DNA of 60,607 nt from an uncultured Anaerolineaceae bacterium (GCA_964642565.1 CAZXPK010000003.1:1-60607), one strand, 5' to 3'. Shown: positions 10,342-21,334, numbered from the stretch's first letter. The notes: generated by a model not told the origin, from the sequence alone. Numbers and translations: made by a program.

Positions 10342-10791
10342 TTAAAATCCAGCTTTTTCTATTTTATAAACTTTATTCACCCGACGAACATGACGTTCTA
10401 TATTTGAAAATTTCGCATTAAGAAAAGCCTCAACCAATTCCTCCGCCAGCTCAGGGCCGATCACACGTGCACCAAGGCATAATACATTCATATTATCGTG
10501 CTCGACCCCTTGATGGGCTGAGTATGTATCATGGCACACCGCAGCATACACTCCTTTGATTTTATTCGCTGCAATGCTTGCGCCTACCCCTGATCCGCAA
10601 ATCAAGATCCCTCGCTCAGCCTCGCCCTTTGTAATTGCTGTACCTAATTTCTCAGCGAAGTCAGGATAATCTACACTGGCAGTACTATCCGTTCCAAGGT
10701 CGATCACTGAGTAACCAGAAGCTATAACACATTTTTTGATGATATTCTTCAAAGGGTAACCACCATGGTCGCAAGCGAGAGCGATTTGCAT
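10342..10791 (-). CDS. rpiB: ribose-5-phosphate isomerase B
   Basis: 149 aa. IALACDHGGYPLK N-terminus and the GILICGSGVGASIAANK motif are typical of RpiB/LacAB. Confidence 0.9.
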   Translation of the reverse strand: MQIALACDHGGYPLKNIIKKCVIASGYSVIDLGTDSTASVDYPDFAEKLGTAITKGEAERGILICGSGVGASIAANKIKGVYAAVCHDTYSAHQGVEHDNMNVLCLGARVIGPELAEELVEAFLNAKFSNIERHVRRVNKVYKIEKAGF

Positions 10792-10847
10792 AATATTCTC
10801 CGAATAATGAATTAGATATTCATATCTATGGTTATCAGGTGATCGGC

Positions 10848-12866
10848 TTATCCTTTTTTCTTACTCAAGAGCTGTTGAGCGCGAAGGATGACATTATCAA
10901 CCGTCAGACCATAATTCTCAAAAATGATTTTATACGGTGCAGATGCACCGAATCTCTCGACCGAGATGCTATCTCCTTTATCACCCACCCAGCGGTTCCA
11001 ACCTTGTGATACAGCCGCTTCCACCGACAGGCGGTTTATTATTTCTGGGGGGAGTACCTGCTTCCGGTATGCTTCATCTTGAGCTTCGAATAACTCCCAG
11101 CTTGGGAACGAGACCAGGCGTACATTCACACCCTCACTGGCTAAACGCTCTCCTGCTTCGGTGATCAAGCACACTTCCGATCCTGAAGCCATCAGGATAA
11201 GTTCTGGATCAGAATCCCCAATATCAGCCAACACGTAGGCACCCCTCTGTAATCCTGCTGCCGGTGCATAGATGGCACGGTCAATGACAGGAATTGCCTG
11301 GCGGGTAAAGATCAATGCAGTTGGTCCATGCCTGCGGGATATGGCGACTTTCCATGCTTCTGTCACTTCATTGGCATCTGCAGGACGGATGACCACCAGG
11401 TTCGGGATCGCTCTCAAAGCTGCCAGATGCTCGACTGGCTGATGGGTTGGTCCATCTTCCCCTAACCCAATACTGTCATGCGTGTACACCCAGATACTGG
11501 GATAATGAGATAAAGCGGAGAGTCTCACCGCAGGGCGCATGTAATCCGAAAAGATCAGGAAAGTACCACCGTAGGGGATCACTCCGCCATGAACAGACAT
11601 CCCATTGATAATTGCCCCCATTCCGTGCTCACGTACGCCAAAATGGAAATTCCGACCTTCAGGCGTTTGTTTTTGAAAATCTGGACTATCTTTGATCCAG
11701 GTATCATTGGAAGGCGTCAGGTCTGCAGAACCCCCGATTAATTCCGGCACACGGGGTGCAAGTGCGTTGATCACCTTGCCAGAGGCAGCTCTCGTTGCCA
11801 TTCCTTTCGGGTCCGCTGGGAAGATTGGCAAATCTGCATCCCAATTCTCGGGCAGCTCACCCATCAGGCGTCTTTCCAGATCTGTATCCAATTGAGGATA
11901 TTCAGCCAGATATGCTTTGAGATGCTTGCGCCATAATGTCTCAGCCTTGTCCCCGTGTTTGACCGCTTTCCTAAATAATGCAAGCACATCTTCTGGGACG
12001 TAGAATTTTGGCTCAAGAGGCCAGCCCAGGTTCTTCTTGGCTCCATCCAACTCTTCCTGACCAGGTGGCTCACCATGGGCTTTGGCAGAATCCTGGCGTG
12101 TGGGTAATCCGTAACCAATATGTGTCCGGCAAGCGATCAGAGAAGGGCGTGGATCCCTTTTGGCTCGAGCAATAGCTAGATTTACGGCGGCAGTATCATT
12201 CCCATCCGGCACTTTTTGCACGTGCCAATCATAGGCTTTAAAACGGGCAGCTCGATCTTCAGTAAAGGTCAATTCAGTGCTGCCGTCAATAGAGATGTGA
12301 TTATCGTCATAAATATAGATGATTTTTCCCAATCCGAGATGACCTGCGATGGAAGCTGCTTCAGAGGAAACTCCTTCCATCAAATCACCATCGGTGACAA
12401 TTCCATAGATGTAGTGATTAACCACCTCAAACCCAGGACGATTAAATTCAGCTGCCAGATGAGCTTCAGCGATTGCCATGCCCACACCATTAGCAAAACC
12501 CTGCCCAAGCGGACCAGTAGTCACCTCAACCCCAGTGGTTAATCCGTATTCAGGGTGACCTGGAGTCTGGCTGCCCCACTGGCGAAAATTCATCAATTGT
12601 TCCAACGGGAGTTCAAAACCCGTTAAATATAGCAAAGTGTAAAGTAGGGCGGAACCATGTCCACCTGATAATACAAATCGATCTCTTCCTGGCCACATCG
12701 GATTATGAGGGTTGAAACGCAGGTGACGTGTCCATAAGGTATAAGCCATCGCAGCCGCGCCCATTGGCAAACCAGGGTGACCTGAATTCGCCTTTTGGAC
12801 AGCATCAGCAGCTAAAAAACGAATGGTATTAATCGCCCGATTTTCCAAATCATTGGATATATTCAT
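10848..12866 (-). CDS. tkt: transketolase
   Basis: 672 aa. SGHPG, the ThDP motif GDGDLMEG and the [15 protein letters not shown] motif are present. Confidence 0.95.
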   Translation of the reverse strand: MNISNDLENRAINTIRFLAADAVQKANSGHPGLPMGAAAMAYTLWTRHLRFNPHNPMWPGRDRFVLSGGHGSALLYTLLYLTGFELPLEQLMNFRQWGSQTPGHPEYGLTTGVEVTTGPLGQGFANGVGMAIAEAHLAAEFNRPGFEVVNHYIYGIVTDGDLMEGVSSEAASIAGHLGLGKIIYIYDDNHISIDGSTELTFTEDRAARFKAYDWHVQKVPDGNDTAAVNLAIARAKRDPRPSLIACRTHIGYGLPTRQDSAKAHGEPPGQEELDGAKKNLGWPLEPKFYVPEDVLALFRKAVKHGDKAETLWRKHLKAYLAEYPQLDTDLERRLMGELPENWDADLPIFPADPKGMATRAASGKVINALAPRVPELIGGSADLTPSNDTWIKDSPDFQKQTPEGRNFHFGVREHGMGAIINGMSVHGGVIPYGGTFLIFSDYMRPAVRLSALSHYPSIWVYTHDSIGLGEDGPTHQPVEHLAALRAIPNLVVIRPADANEVTEAWKVAISRRHGPTALIFTRQAIPVIDRAIYAPAAGLQRGAYVLADIGDSDPELILMASGSEVCLITEAGERLASEGVNVRLVSFPSWELFEAQDEAYRKQVLPPEIINRLSVEAAVSQGWNRWVGDKGDSISVERFGASAPYKIIFENYGLTVDNVILRAQQLLSKKKG

Positions 12867-12970
12867 GCTCTACTCCCGCACTTAATATTGACGTATTGTA
12901 CCGCGTAAGCCTATGAATCTTGATAAAAACCAATGCCCTTAATATATGCTTAAGCTTATGAATATAGACC

Positions 12971-12998
12971 TTGACTGTGATTATTATCACTATATATG
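12971..12998 (+). promoter_or_regulatory. candidate promoter overlapped by a CRP/FNR-like palindrome
   Basis: TTGACT at 12971-12976 and TATATG at 12993-12998 (16-nt spacer). TGTGA-N6-TCACT lies at 12976-12991 inside the spacer. The site is in a 360-bp AT-rich divergent intergenic region. Confidence 0.3.
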
Positions 12999-13230
12999 CA
13001 TGTTATTATCCACTAGTGAAGTTGACTTTACTATCCGATAATATATTAATCACATTCTTTAAAGTTTGCATTATAGGTTATTCGCCCTATTTGTTTAGTG
13101 TGTTAAAACTATTATTAAATATGTAATCCTGTGAAAATCAAATATAACAACCGGCTATGGTTTTATAATGGAAATTAAACATAGAGACGTTTGATCCAAT
13201 CTTCTAAAAATATGGACCAGAGGTGAATTG

Positions 13231-14433
13231 ATGGCAACAACGGCAATCTCCCATGACCCATCCTTCAGTGAGACGTTTGTTACAAGTCTATACAAGGTTG
13301 AAAACGGTGAACGTTTCCGTAATTGCTTACAATGTGGCTCTTGTAGTGGCGTGTGTCCATTTGGTTTCCTGATGGATTACCCACCAGGGAGAATGATCGC
13401 CGGTTTACACGCAGATGAGTTTGACCTTGTTATGGAAACCGATACAGTCTGGATGTGCGTATCCTGCTACGCTTGCACACAGATCTGCCCCTCTAAAATC
13501 CCAATAACTGCTGCATTGATGACACGCACAAAAGAAGAATTGCTATTGGCTGGTAATGTTCCATCTGAATTACAAAGTGCATTGGAAAACTCCCAACGTT
13601 ATGGCAACCCGATGGGCGAATCGCCTCGTAAACGAGCTGATTGGACCATTGGCATACAACCACAAATTACTATTCTCGGAAGGGATAGATGCCCGGTTGA
13701 TGTTTTGTGGTTTGTTGGTGATTATCCCTCTTATCATCCACGCGTTCAATTAGTCGCAAAATCATTAGCGAAAGTTCTAAATGCTCTAGGCATAAACTTT
13801 GGCATCCTCGGACCCGAAGAAAATAGCGACGGTGATACACAGCGCCTGGCTGGTGAGCGTGGATTATTTGAAATGCTCGCCGAAAAAAATGGGAAGATAT
13901 TCAGTAAGTATCAATTTGAAAAGATTATTACATCTGACCCTCATGCATACAACGCTTTGAAGAATGAATATCCAGCCCTTGGTATTTCTTATCCGGTTCA
14001 ACATTACACCCAATTCCTGGTGGAACATATCGATCATCTCAAACCCATGATAATGAAGGAAATATCAGCCAATGTCACTTACCATGACCCATGTTATCTT
14101 GGACGTGCAAATGGGGTATTTGATGAGCCTCGTATGCTTCTCGAAGCTATACCAGGTTTAAAACTGGTTGAGATGTCACACAATCATACCTCCAGCCTAT
14201 GTTGTGGCGGTGGTGGAGGTGGAATGTGGTTAGACGGCTTCCAGTGGGAGAAAGCGCACGCTCGTTTATCCGAATGGCGCGTACATGAAGCAGTGGCTGC
14301 GGGTGCTAATATCCTGGCCGTCGCCTGCCCTTATGAGCCACCACGATTCGAAGACGCTGTCAAAATGACACAACAAGCAGAAAAGCTAGTGGTAAAAGAT
14401 ATCGTTGAGTTACTTGCTGAGGCACTAGGATAG
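13231..14433 (+). CDS. soluble HdrD/GlpC-like Fe-S oxidoreductase (2x[4Fe-4S] + CCG domain)
   Basis: CLQCGSCSGVCP and CVSCYACTQICP ferredoxin motifs, plus a C-terminal CCG cysteine-rich domain (DPCYLG...SLCCGGGGGG...VACPYE). ATG at 13231; the ORF-track TTG is at 13228. Confidence 0.75.
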   Translation: MATTAISHDPSFSETFVTSLYKVENGERFRNCLQCGSCSGVCPFGFLMDYPPGRMIAGLHADEFDLVMETDTVWMCVSCYACTQICPSKIPITAALMTRTKEELLLAGNVPSELQSALENSQRYGNPMGESPRKRADWTIGIQPQITILGRDRCPVDVLWFVGDYPSYHPRVQLVAKSLAKVLNALGINFGILGPEENSDGDTQRLAGERGLFEMLAEKNGKIFSKYQFEKIITSDPHAYNALKNEYPALGISYPVQHYTQFLVEHIDHLKPMIMKEISANVTYHDPCYLGRANGVFDEPRMLLEAIPGLKLVEMSHNHTSSLCCGGGGGGMWLDGFQWEKAHARLSEWRVHEAVAAGANILAVACPYEPPRFEDAVKMTQQAEKLVVKDIVELLAEALG

Positions 14434-14450
14434 TAGTGGAGAGAATAACT

Positions 14451-15215
14451 ATGAACATAATCGTTCCAGTCAAACTTGTACCTGACCTTGTTGAAGAGCT
14501 TACAATAGATGCAAGTGGTGCCGCCCTAGATACTGCTTGGCTACGCCTGATCATTAATGAGTTTGACGATCATGCCATCGAACAAGCCATTCTACTAAAA
14601 GAACGCACAGGTGCCCATGTAACAGTATTGTCTACCAACGTTGAAGGGATCGATGACCTTCTATTTACTGCAGCTGCAAAAGGCGCTGATAGATTGATCA
14701 AACTTAACGGCGATTTAGAAAGTGGTGTGAACAATCACGCATTGGCACGTGCGATGGCGAACATCCTGAAAGATTTAAAACCAAATTTGATATTGACGGG
14801 TGTCCAAGCACACAATGACTTGGATGGTTCCATTGGGCCACTACTGGCAGAATACCTCGGAATGCCGTATATAGGCTATGTTTCAGGCGTGAATGTTACT
14901 GGCGATATGGTCACCCTACGTAAAGAATATCCAGGCGGGTTGATTGGTGATATGCAGGTATCTCTACCTGCTTTGCTGGGCATCCAGGCAGCCGAACAAC
15001 CTCCACGCTACGTAGCCATCAGCAAAGTCCGCCAGATGATGAAAACCATGAGCATCGATGAGCTAGATTTACCTAGGTTGGATACTACCGGAAGTCCGAT
15101 CGTTAAACGTATGTTCCAGCCAGAAGCAGTTGAACGAGCCACTATGCTTTCTGAGAATGCAGATGAAGCAGCCAGTCAACTGGTTAATATATTTAAAGAA
15201 TTGGGCACGTTGTAA
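14451..15215 (+). CDS. etfB: electron transfer flavoprotein beta subunit
   Basis: MNIIVPVKLVPD N-terminus and DDHAIEQAILLKE are typical of EtfB. ATG at 14451 preferred over the ORF-track start at 14436. Confidence 0.85.
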   Translation: MNIIVPVKLVPDLVEELTIDASGAALDTAWLRLIINEFDDHAIEQAILLKERTGAHVTVLSTNVEGIDDLLFTAAAKGADRLIKLNGDLESGVNNHALARAMANILKDLKPNLILTGVQAHNDLDGSIGPLLAEYLGMPYIGYVSGVNVTGDMVTLRKEYPGGLIGDMQVSLPALLGIQAAEQPPRYVAISKVRQMMKTMSIDELDLPRLDTTGSPIVKRMFQPEAVERATMLSENADEAASQLVNIFKELGTL

Positions 15216-15227
15216 AAGGAGGAGTCG

Positions 15228-16190
15228 ATGAACCAAGACATTTTCGTCACCATCGAACATCTGCGTGGAAAAGTATCTGAAATATCTTATATCATGTTGG
15301 CCGCTGCACGCGATATGGCTCAAAGTACTGGGGGAAAAGTCGTTGCGATAATACTTGGCCATGATGCCAAGGAGCTGGCAAGTGATTTAAATGCGGATCA
15401 GGTGCTATATGCAGATCACACCTTACTAACTGACTTCAACCCCGAAGCTTACCAGAAGATCCTGGCTGGAATTATTGACGAATATAAACCACGAGCTGTC
15501 TTTTTTGGCCATACAACCATTGGTATGGATGCCGTAGGCGGTATTTCTGCACAGCTTGGGCTTCCCCTGGTCAGTTCCGTCCGATCTTTAGAGGCGGATA
15601 GCAAGTTAATTAGCCAAATATGTGGCGGCAAGATCATGGCTGAGTGCGATTTCCCTGAGTCAACCACATTAATCACCTTGGTACCCGGTGGTTACAAACC
15701 AGAGCTGGGACACAGCAAACAACCACCCCCTGTATCCTCTATACCCGTCCAAGTACTGGATGGTGTACGCATAATTCTGAAACAGTACATAGAACCAGAA
15801 ACCGGTGATGTGGATATATCCAAGGAGCCCCTCTTGATCGCTGTCGGGCGAGGAATTCAGAACCAGGATAATATTTCTCTAGCAGAAGAACTTGCCCTGG
15901 CAATAGGGGGTGTAGTATGTGCGTCCCGACCAGTGGTAGATCAGGGTTGGCTGCCAACCAGTCGCTTGGTAGGTAAGTCTGGCTCCACCGTTAAGCCTAA
16001 AGTTTATTTAGCTATTGGTATTAGCGGAGCACCAGAACACGTTGAGGCTATTACTGGCAGTGATGTCATTATTGCAATAAATACAGACCCTGCCGCACCC
16101 ATTTTTAATATCGCAAAGTATGGCACAACAGCTGACCTCTTCGACCTTGTCCCAGCCCTGACCGAACAGATCAGGAATATCAAAGGCTGA
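15228..16190 (+). CDS. etfA: electron transfer flavoprotein alpha subunit
   Basis: 320 aa. The C-terminal FAD-binding region (LYLAIGISGAPEHVEAITGSDVIIAINTDPAAPIF) is present. AGGAGG RBS. No N-terminal ferredoxin domain. Confidence 0.9.
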   Translation: MNQDIFVTIEHLRGKVSEISYIMLAAARDMAQSTGGKVVAIILGHDAKELASDLNADQVLYADHTLLTDFNPEAYQKILAGIIDEYKPRAVFFGHTTIGMDAVGGISAQLGLPLVSSVRSLEADSKLISQICGGKIMAECDFPESTTLITLVPGGYKPELGHSKQPPPVSSIPVQVLDGVRIILKQYIEPETGDVDISKEPLLIAVGRGIQNQDNISLAEELALAIGGVVCASRPVVDQGWLPTSRLVGKSGSTVKPKVYLAIGISGAPEHVEAITGSDVIIAINTDPAAPIFNIAKYGTTADLFDLVPALTEQIRNIKG

Positions 16191-16223
16191 GATAGATCTA
16201 TGAAAGGATAAGGCACAAGTCCT

Positions 16224-18230
16224 ATGCCAGAGCGAATTGATTATTGGGGTATCCCTCTTACCTGGAGGCCGGATTTAATCGTCTACTCCTTGATGTTTTT
16301 GGCTGCCATTATTCTACTGATTCGTTTTTATCAACAAGGCAGCTTGTGGTGGCGAGTCGGGCGAACTGAAGTCCGTTGGAATAAAATACACCTTCGCATA
16401 GGTCGGCTTATCACTTATGCCATTGTCCAAACGCGGCTGTTAAGTCAACGATATCCTGGTGTAATGCATATTGGACTGGCATGGGGTTTCTTTGTCTTTT
16501 TTCTTGGAACTGCTCTGGCAACCATCGACTCACACTTTATAAAATTCCTGGAAGGCAATCCTTATCTTATTTATAAATTCATTCTGGATATTTTCACGGT
16601 CTTCTTCACGTTCGGTGCTGTTCTAGCAGCATACCGGCGTTTTATCCAAAAGCCTTCCCGTCTGACTTTACAACCCAGGTTCACAATATCACTGATCGCA
16701 ATAACTGTGATCGTTTTGGCAGGATTAACAGTCGAATCATTGCGACTGGCAATTGAGCGACCCGCATGGGCATTATGGTCACCAGTCGGGTGGTTGCTCG
16801 CCCAAGTATGGATTGCCAGCGGAGCATCTGAGCAAACACTGACAAATTGGCATATAGGGCTCTGGGGATTTCACCTTCTATTAGCAGCAATTACTGTAGC
16901 GACACTTCCTATCGGTACATTATGGCATACCTTGACTGGTCCGCTAAATACCTTTTTCTCCCAATTGGATCGCCCCGTTGGGCAGCTCAAACCAGTCGCT
17001 CTGAATGCTCAAAGTGAGCCAATTTATGTCAAGTCTCTTCAAGACCTGACGTGGAAACAACTCTTGGATGGAGACGCTTGCACCGAATGTGGGCGCTGCC
17101 AAGATGTCTGTCCAGCCCATGCTGCAGGTACACCATTAAGTCCCAAACAATTTATTCTGAGCATCCGCCAGGCATTACATCGAGACGGACCAATTTTGGC
17201 AGCTGGTAATACCAGTATGCAAGATGGGAAGTTAAAACAACTAGTCGGAGATGAAATCTCACAGGATATATTATGGTCATGCACCACATGTGGGGCATGT
17301 GTCCATGAGTGCCCAGTGCTCATCGAACATGTGGATTCTATCGTGGATATGCGTCGCCATCTGGTCATCGAAGGGCAGATGGATGGCATGCTGCAGGATG
17401 CTTTAGCTAATCTTGGAAGGTATGGCAACTCATTTGGGCAATCTGACAGGATGCGTGCCAAATGGACCCAGCCTATTCAACCCAAAATCAAGGATGCGCG
17501 TCGAGAACCAGTCGAGTATCTGTGGTTTGTAGGTGACTATGCCTCCTACAATATAGCACTCACTGACATCACACATAAGACAGCTGACGTTTTCCAACAA
17601 GCTGGTTTGGATTATGGTATTTTGTATGATGGCGAACGTAATGCAGGTAACGATGTACGCAGGGTAGGTGAGGAAGGATTGTTTGAAATGTTGGTCGAGA
17701 AAAATAAGGCAGTGATGGAAAAAAGCACATATAAATCAATCGTCACGACAGACCCACATTCCTATAACACCTTAAAGAACGAGTACCATCTCGATGGAAT
17801 ATCAGTGCTTCACTATACTGAATTACTTGATCAACTCATATCCTCAGGTAAGCTTAAACTCAGCAATAAATCAGGACCTAAAGTCACCTTCCATGATCCA
17901 TGTTTTCTGGGTCGTTACAACGGAATATATGATGCACCACGCCGTATACTAACTTCAATGGGTTTCAACCTGATCGAAATGCCTCGCAACCGTGAACGGT
18001 CATTTTGCTGCGGGGGTGGCGGTGGACGCATCTGGATGGAAGAAGGTACTGTTAAAAAACGCCCCAGTGAGGCTCGAATCGATGAGGCAATTGCTCTAAA
18101 TGATGTACAAATTTTTGTAGTAGCCTGCCCAAAAGACTTAACCATGTTTCGGGATGCAGTAAAAACAACTGGACAGGAAAATAGGATTGTTGTAAAGGAT
18201 ATTATCGAATTGGTTCACGAAGCCCTCTAG
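16224..18230 (+). CDS. membrane-bound Fe-S oxidoreductase (N-terminal multi-TM domain fused to an HdrD-like module)
   Basis: The N-terminal roughly 250 aa holds 5-6 hydrophobic helices. These are followed by CTECGRCQDVCP and CTTCGACVHECP motifs and a CCG domain (DPCFLG...SFCCGGGGG...VACP). The C-terminal half is a clear paralog of the 13231-14433 product. Confidence 0.8.
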   Translation: MPERIDYWGIPLTWRPDLIVYSLMFLAAIILLIRFYQQGSLWWRVGRTEVRWNKIHLRIGRLITYAIVQTRLLSQRYPGVMHIGLAWGFFVFFLGTALATIDSHFIKFLEGNPYLIYKFILDIFTVFFTFGAVLAAYRRFIQKPSRLTLQPRFTISLIAITVIVLAGLTVESLRLAIERPAWALWSPVGWLLAQVWIASGASEQTLTNWHIGLWGFHLLLAAITVATLPIGTLWHTLTGPLNTFFSQLDRPVGQLKPVALNAQSEPIYVKSLQDLTWKQLLDGDACTECGRCQDVCPAHAAGTPLSPKQFILSIRQALHRDGPILAAGNTSMQDGKLKQLVGDEISQDILWSCTTCGACVHECPVLIEHVDSIVDMRRHLVIEGQMDGMLQDALANLGRYGNSFGQSDRMRAKWTQPIQPKIKDARREPVEYLWFVGDYASYNIALTDITHKTADVFQQAGLDYGILYDGERNAGNDVRRVGEEGLFEMLVEKNKAVMEKSTYKSIVTTDPHSYNTLKNEYHLDGISVLHYTELLDQLISSGKLKLSNKSGPKVTFHDPCFLGRYNGIYDAPRRILTSMGFNLIEMPRNRERSFCCGGGGGRIWMEEGTVKKRPSEARIDEAIALNDVQIFVVACPKDLTMFRDAVKTTGQENRIVVKDIIELVHEAL

Positions 18231-18231
18231 T

Positions 18232-20241
18232 ATGGCAAATATTGACACCGGATTATCTCAAAGATTCAAGCGGAAGGTAAATCAGATTGCCAAAAAAGGC
18301 AGTGCTTTGCCTATTACCTATAAGCTAATAGTAAGTTTCTTGCTTATCAGTATACTCACCAACATTTTCTTTACCATCGCAGGGATCACTTTTATCGGCA
18401 ATAGAATCATAACGGAAGCACAAGAAAGAGTGCGGAATGATCTCAATTCTGCACGGGAAATCTATTTTGGAGAGCTCCGCCATATAACGGATGTTGTCCA
18501 GCTCACCGCACGACGTCCAATCATCCAAGATATTTTTGCAACCGGCGTGACTGAAGATATTCAATCTGATCTAGATTATGAAAAAAAATACGAGAATCTA
18601 GATATCCTTACTGTAGTAGATAAGTCTGGCACAGTAGTCTTAAGGACCAATTATCCATATAATACTGGCGATAATCTATATCAACAAGAAATCATCAAAT
18701 CAGCCTTAAACAATAAAGAAACGATTGCTTCGTCTACAATTGTCCCCGTTGAATTTCTGGCGAAAGAATCTCCACGGCTCGCTGAAAGTGCCCACTTTGT
18801 TTTCATCGACACTCCTATGGCACGACCGAGATCTGATACAGAAGAAAGATCCGGTATGTTGTTAGCTGTGGCAGCCCCAGTATTCAATGATGACAACCTC
18901 CTGATCGGAACCTTGTTCGGGGCCGTTCTCTTAAATAGAAATTACAACATAGTCGACACGATCAAGCAAACAGTCTTCAAGGGAATGATGTACAAAGGGA
19001 AGGATATTGGAACAGCCACTATATTCCAGGATGATGTACGGATTTCCACCAATGTTTTAACCGAGCAAGGGACTAGAGCTATTGGCACTCGCGTTGCTGA
19101 GGATGTATATAACCAGGTAGTGGTTAATGGTTTACCTTGGGTTGATCGTGCTTATGTAGTCAACAATTGGTACATCACTGCCTATGAACCAATCCGGAAT
19201 AATTCCAACAATGTGATTGGAATACTTTATGTTGGCATCCTGGAACAAAGATACATTGACCTAAGACAAAACGCGGTCTTGACTTTCTTGCTAATATCCT
19301 TGGGTGGTGTTCTAGCCTCGATTGCCATCTCCTACATGATCTCACGCAACATACTAATCCCGGTTCAAAAACTCGCCTCGGCTTCAAAGGAGCTGGCACG
19401 AGGCAACCTTGAAATTCGGGTGGAAAAAACTTCCAACGATGAGCTTGGTGAATTAGCTGATGGTTTCAATACGATGGCATCCGCCTTAAAGGAACGCGAT
19501 GAGCAGTTAAAAGACTATACGCGCAAGAAATTTATGGAGTCTGAGAGATTGGCTTTAGTAGGTCAATTAGCTGCAAATGTGGCGCATGAATTGAACAATC
19601 CACTTCAAGGCATAGTTACCTATTCTCACCTATTGCTTGAAAATAATTACTGCGATGAGCCAACCACTCAAAACATTCGAAAAATCGTAACCCAAGCTAA
19701 TCGATGTCGAGACATTATCCGTGGGTTATTGGATTTTTCACGACAGCGAAAACCTGACAAGACACTTTGTGACATCAACTCAATTTTGAATGAAAGTATC
19801 TCGTTTGTGGAAAACCAGGCATTATTCCATAACGTCGAGATTGTGATGAACCTCGATGAATCCTTGCCGAAAGCAATCACAGATCCTTCTCAAATCGTCA
19901 GGGTTTTTATCAACCTGATTGTCAATGCAGCTGAAGCCATGGAAGGTAACGGACGGTTGACTATATCATCCAAGGTTGATACGAATACACAATGCATTGA
20001 GATCGAAGTTACAGATACTGGTCCTGGAATTCCAGAAGAAAATTTAGACAAAATATTTGACCCATTCTTTACTACGAAAGAAACTGGGCACGGAGTTGGT
20101 CTTGGGTTAGCGATTAGTTATGGAATTATAAAAGAACATAAAGGTTCGATTTCAGTTGAGAGTAAGATCGGTCTAGGAACGACTTTCATAGTCAGGCTAC
20201 CTCTTGCATCTGTAAAGATCGGTAATGGCAATGAATTATAG
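18232..20241 (+). CDS. sensor histidine kinase (extracytoplasmic sensor domain, HAMP, HisKA, HATPase)
   Basis: Two TM segments flank a sensor domain of about 300 aa. HAMP region (DELGELADGFNTMA), H-box AANVAHELNNPL, and G-boxes DTGPGIP and GHGVGLGLAISY. Confidence 0.85.
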   Translation: MANIDTGLSQRFKRKVNQIAKKGSALPITYKLIVSFLLISILTNIFFTIAGITFIGNRIITEAQERVRNDLNSAREIYFGELRHITDVVQLTARRPIIQDIFATGVTEDIQSDLDYEKKYENLDILTVVDKSGTVVLRTNYPYNTGDNLYQQEIIKSALNNKETIASSTIVPVEFLAKESPRLAESAHFVFIDTPMARPRSDTEERSGMLLAVAAPVFNDDNLLIGTLFGAVLLNRNYNIVDTIKQTVFKGMMYKGKDIGTATIFQDDVRISTNVLTEQGTRAIGTRVAEDVYNQVVVNGLPWVDRAYVVNNWYITAYEPIRNNSNNVIGILYVGILEQRYIDLRQNAVLTFLLISLGGVLASIAISYMISRNILIPVQKLASASKELARGNLEIRVEKTSNDELGELADGFNTMASALKERDEQLKDYTRKKFMESERLALVGQLAANVAHELNNPLQGIVTYSHLLLENNYCDEPTTQNIRKIVTQANRCRDIIRGLLDFSRQRKPDKTLCDINSILNESISFVENQALFHNVEIVMNLDESLPKAITDPSQIVRVFINLIVNAAEAMEGNGRLTISSKVDTNTQCIEIEVTDTGPGIPEENLDKIFDPFFTTKETGHGVGLGLAISYGIIKEHKGSISVESKIGLGTTFIVRLPLASVKIGNGNEL

Positions 20242-21334
20242 AGATAAGATTATCATAATTGATGACGAGGAAGTAGTCTTAGATTCTTGCGCCCAGATCC
20301 TTCAAGGACGCAATTATGACGTTGCCACAGCACCAGATGGTATGCAGGGGCTAAAGCTTGTTGAGGAAATCAAACCCGACTTAGTATATATAGACTTAAA
20401 AATGCCCGGTATACCCGGCCTGGAAGTTCTAGAGCAAATCCACAATCAGGATAATACGATAGTGACCATTGTTATCACCGGCTATGCAACTGTGGACTCA
20501 GCTGTTGAAGCCATGAAAAAAGGGGCTTATGATTTTCTCCCCAAGCCCTTTACCCCTGACGAGTTCCGCTTGATCACAAAGCGTGGCTTAGAACGAAGAA
20601 AATTAGTGGTTGAAGCCATAACCCTCCGCAGAGAAAAGGAAATGCTGCGAGAAAATTTTGCCGCCATCGTTTCCCATGAGCTTAAATCTCCCTTAGGTGC
20701 TATTCAACAGAATTTGTTTGCTCTGTCAGGTGAGCTTGCTGGAAAATTATCCGAAAGCCAAAATGCCAGGCTTGAGCGAATGAAAATCCGTATTGATGAC
20801 TTGATCAAGCTGATCAATTCCTGGCTCAGGGTCTATTCAGTCGATATATCAAAAATTAAGGAGAACTTCTCTGCTATCGCTGTTCCAACATTAATCACAA
20901 AAGCTATAGAAAATGTTGAGCCTCATGCAGTGCGAAAGGATGTTCACTTAATTACTGAGATAAATGAACAACTTCCTCATATTGAAGGCGATGAAACGAG
21001 CCTTGTCGAAGCCTTAGTCAATATTATTGGAAATGCTGTGAAATATTCTTACGCAGGTAGCCAGGTGGCAATCAATAGCACAGAAAAAGACGGGATGATT
21101 GAAATAGCCATTTCGGATACAGGTGTTGGAATTCCAGAGGAAGAACTGCTGAGTGTTTTATCAGATTTTTACCGCGGCAGTAGTGACAAAAGCGAGGAAA
21201 GTAGTCACGGGATTGGTTTAACCATCAGCCGAAAAATCATTGAAGCGCATAATGGAACGATCGTAGTGACAAGCAAGCCATCTATTGGCACAACATTTAC
21301 CATACGAATCCCTGTAATGAAAGATGACGGCTAA
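20225..21334 (+). CDS. hybrid response-regulator / histidine kinase (REC-HisKA-HATPase)
   Basis: N-terminal receiver (IIIIDDE...DLVYIDLKMPG...KP), then H-box VSHELKSPL and the ATPase box DTGVGIP...SHGIGLTISRKI. It overlaps the preceding kinase gene by 17 nt. Confidence 0.85.
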   Translation: MAMNYRDKIIIIDDEEVVLDSCAQILQGRNYDVATAPDGMQGLKLVEEIKPDLVYIDLKMPGIPGLEVLEQIHNQDNTIVTIVITGYATVDSAVEAMKKGAYDFLPKPFTPDEFRLITKRGLERRKLVVEAITLRREKEMLRENFAAIVSHELKSPLGAIQQNLFALSGELAGKLSESQNARLERMKIRIDDLIKLINSWLRVYSVDISKIKENFSAIAVPTLITKAIENVEPHAVRKDVHLITEINEQLPHIEGDETSLVEALVNIIGNAVKYSYAGSQVAINSTEKDGMIEIAISDTGVGIPEEELLSVLSDFYRGSSDKSEESSHGIGLTISRKIIEAHNGTIVVTSKPSIGTTFTIRIPVMKDDG

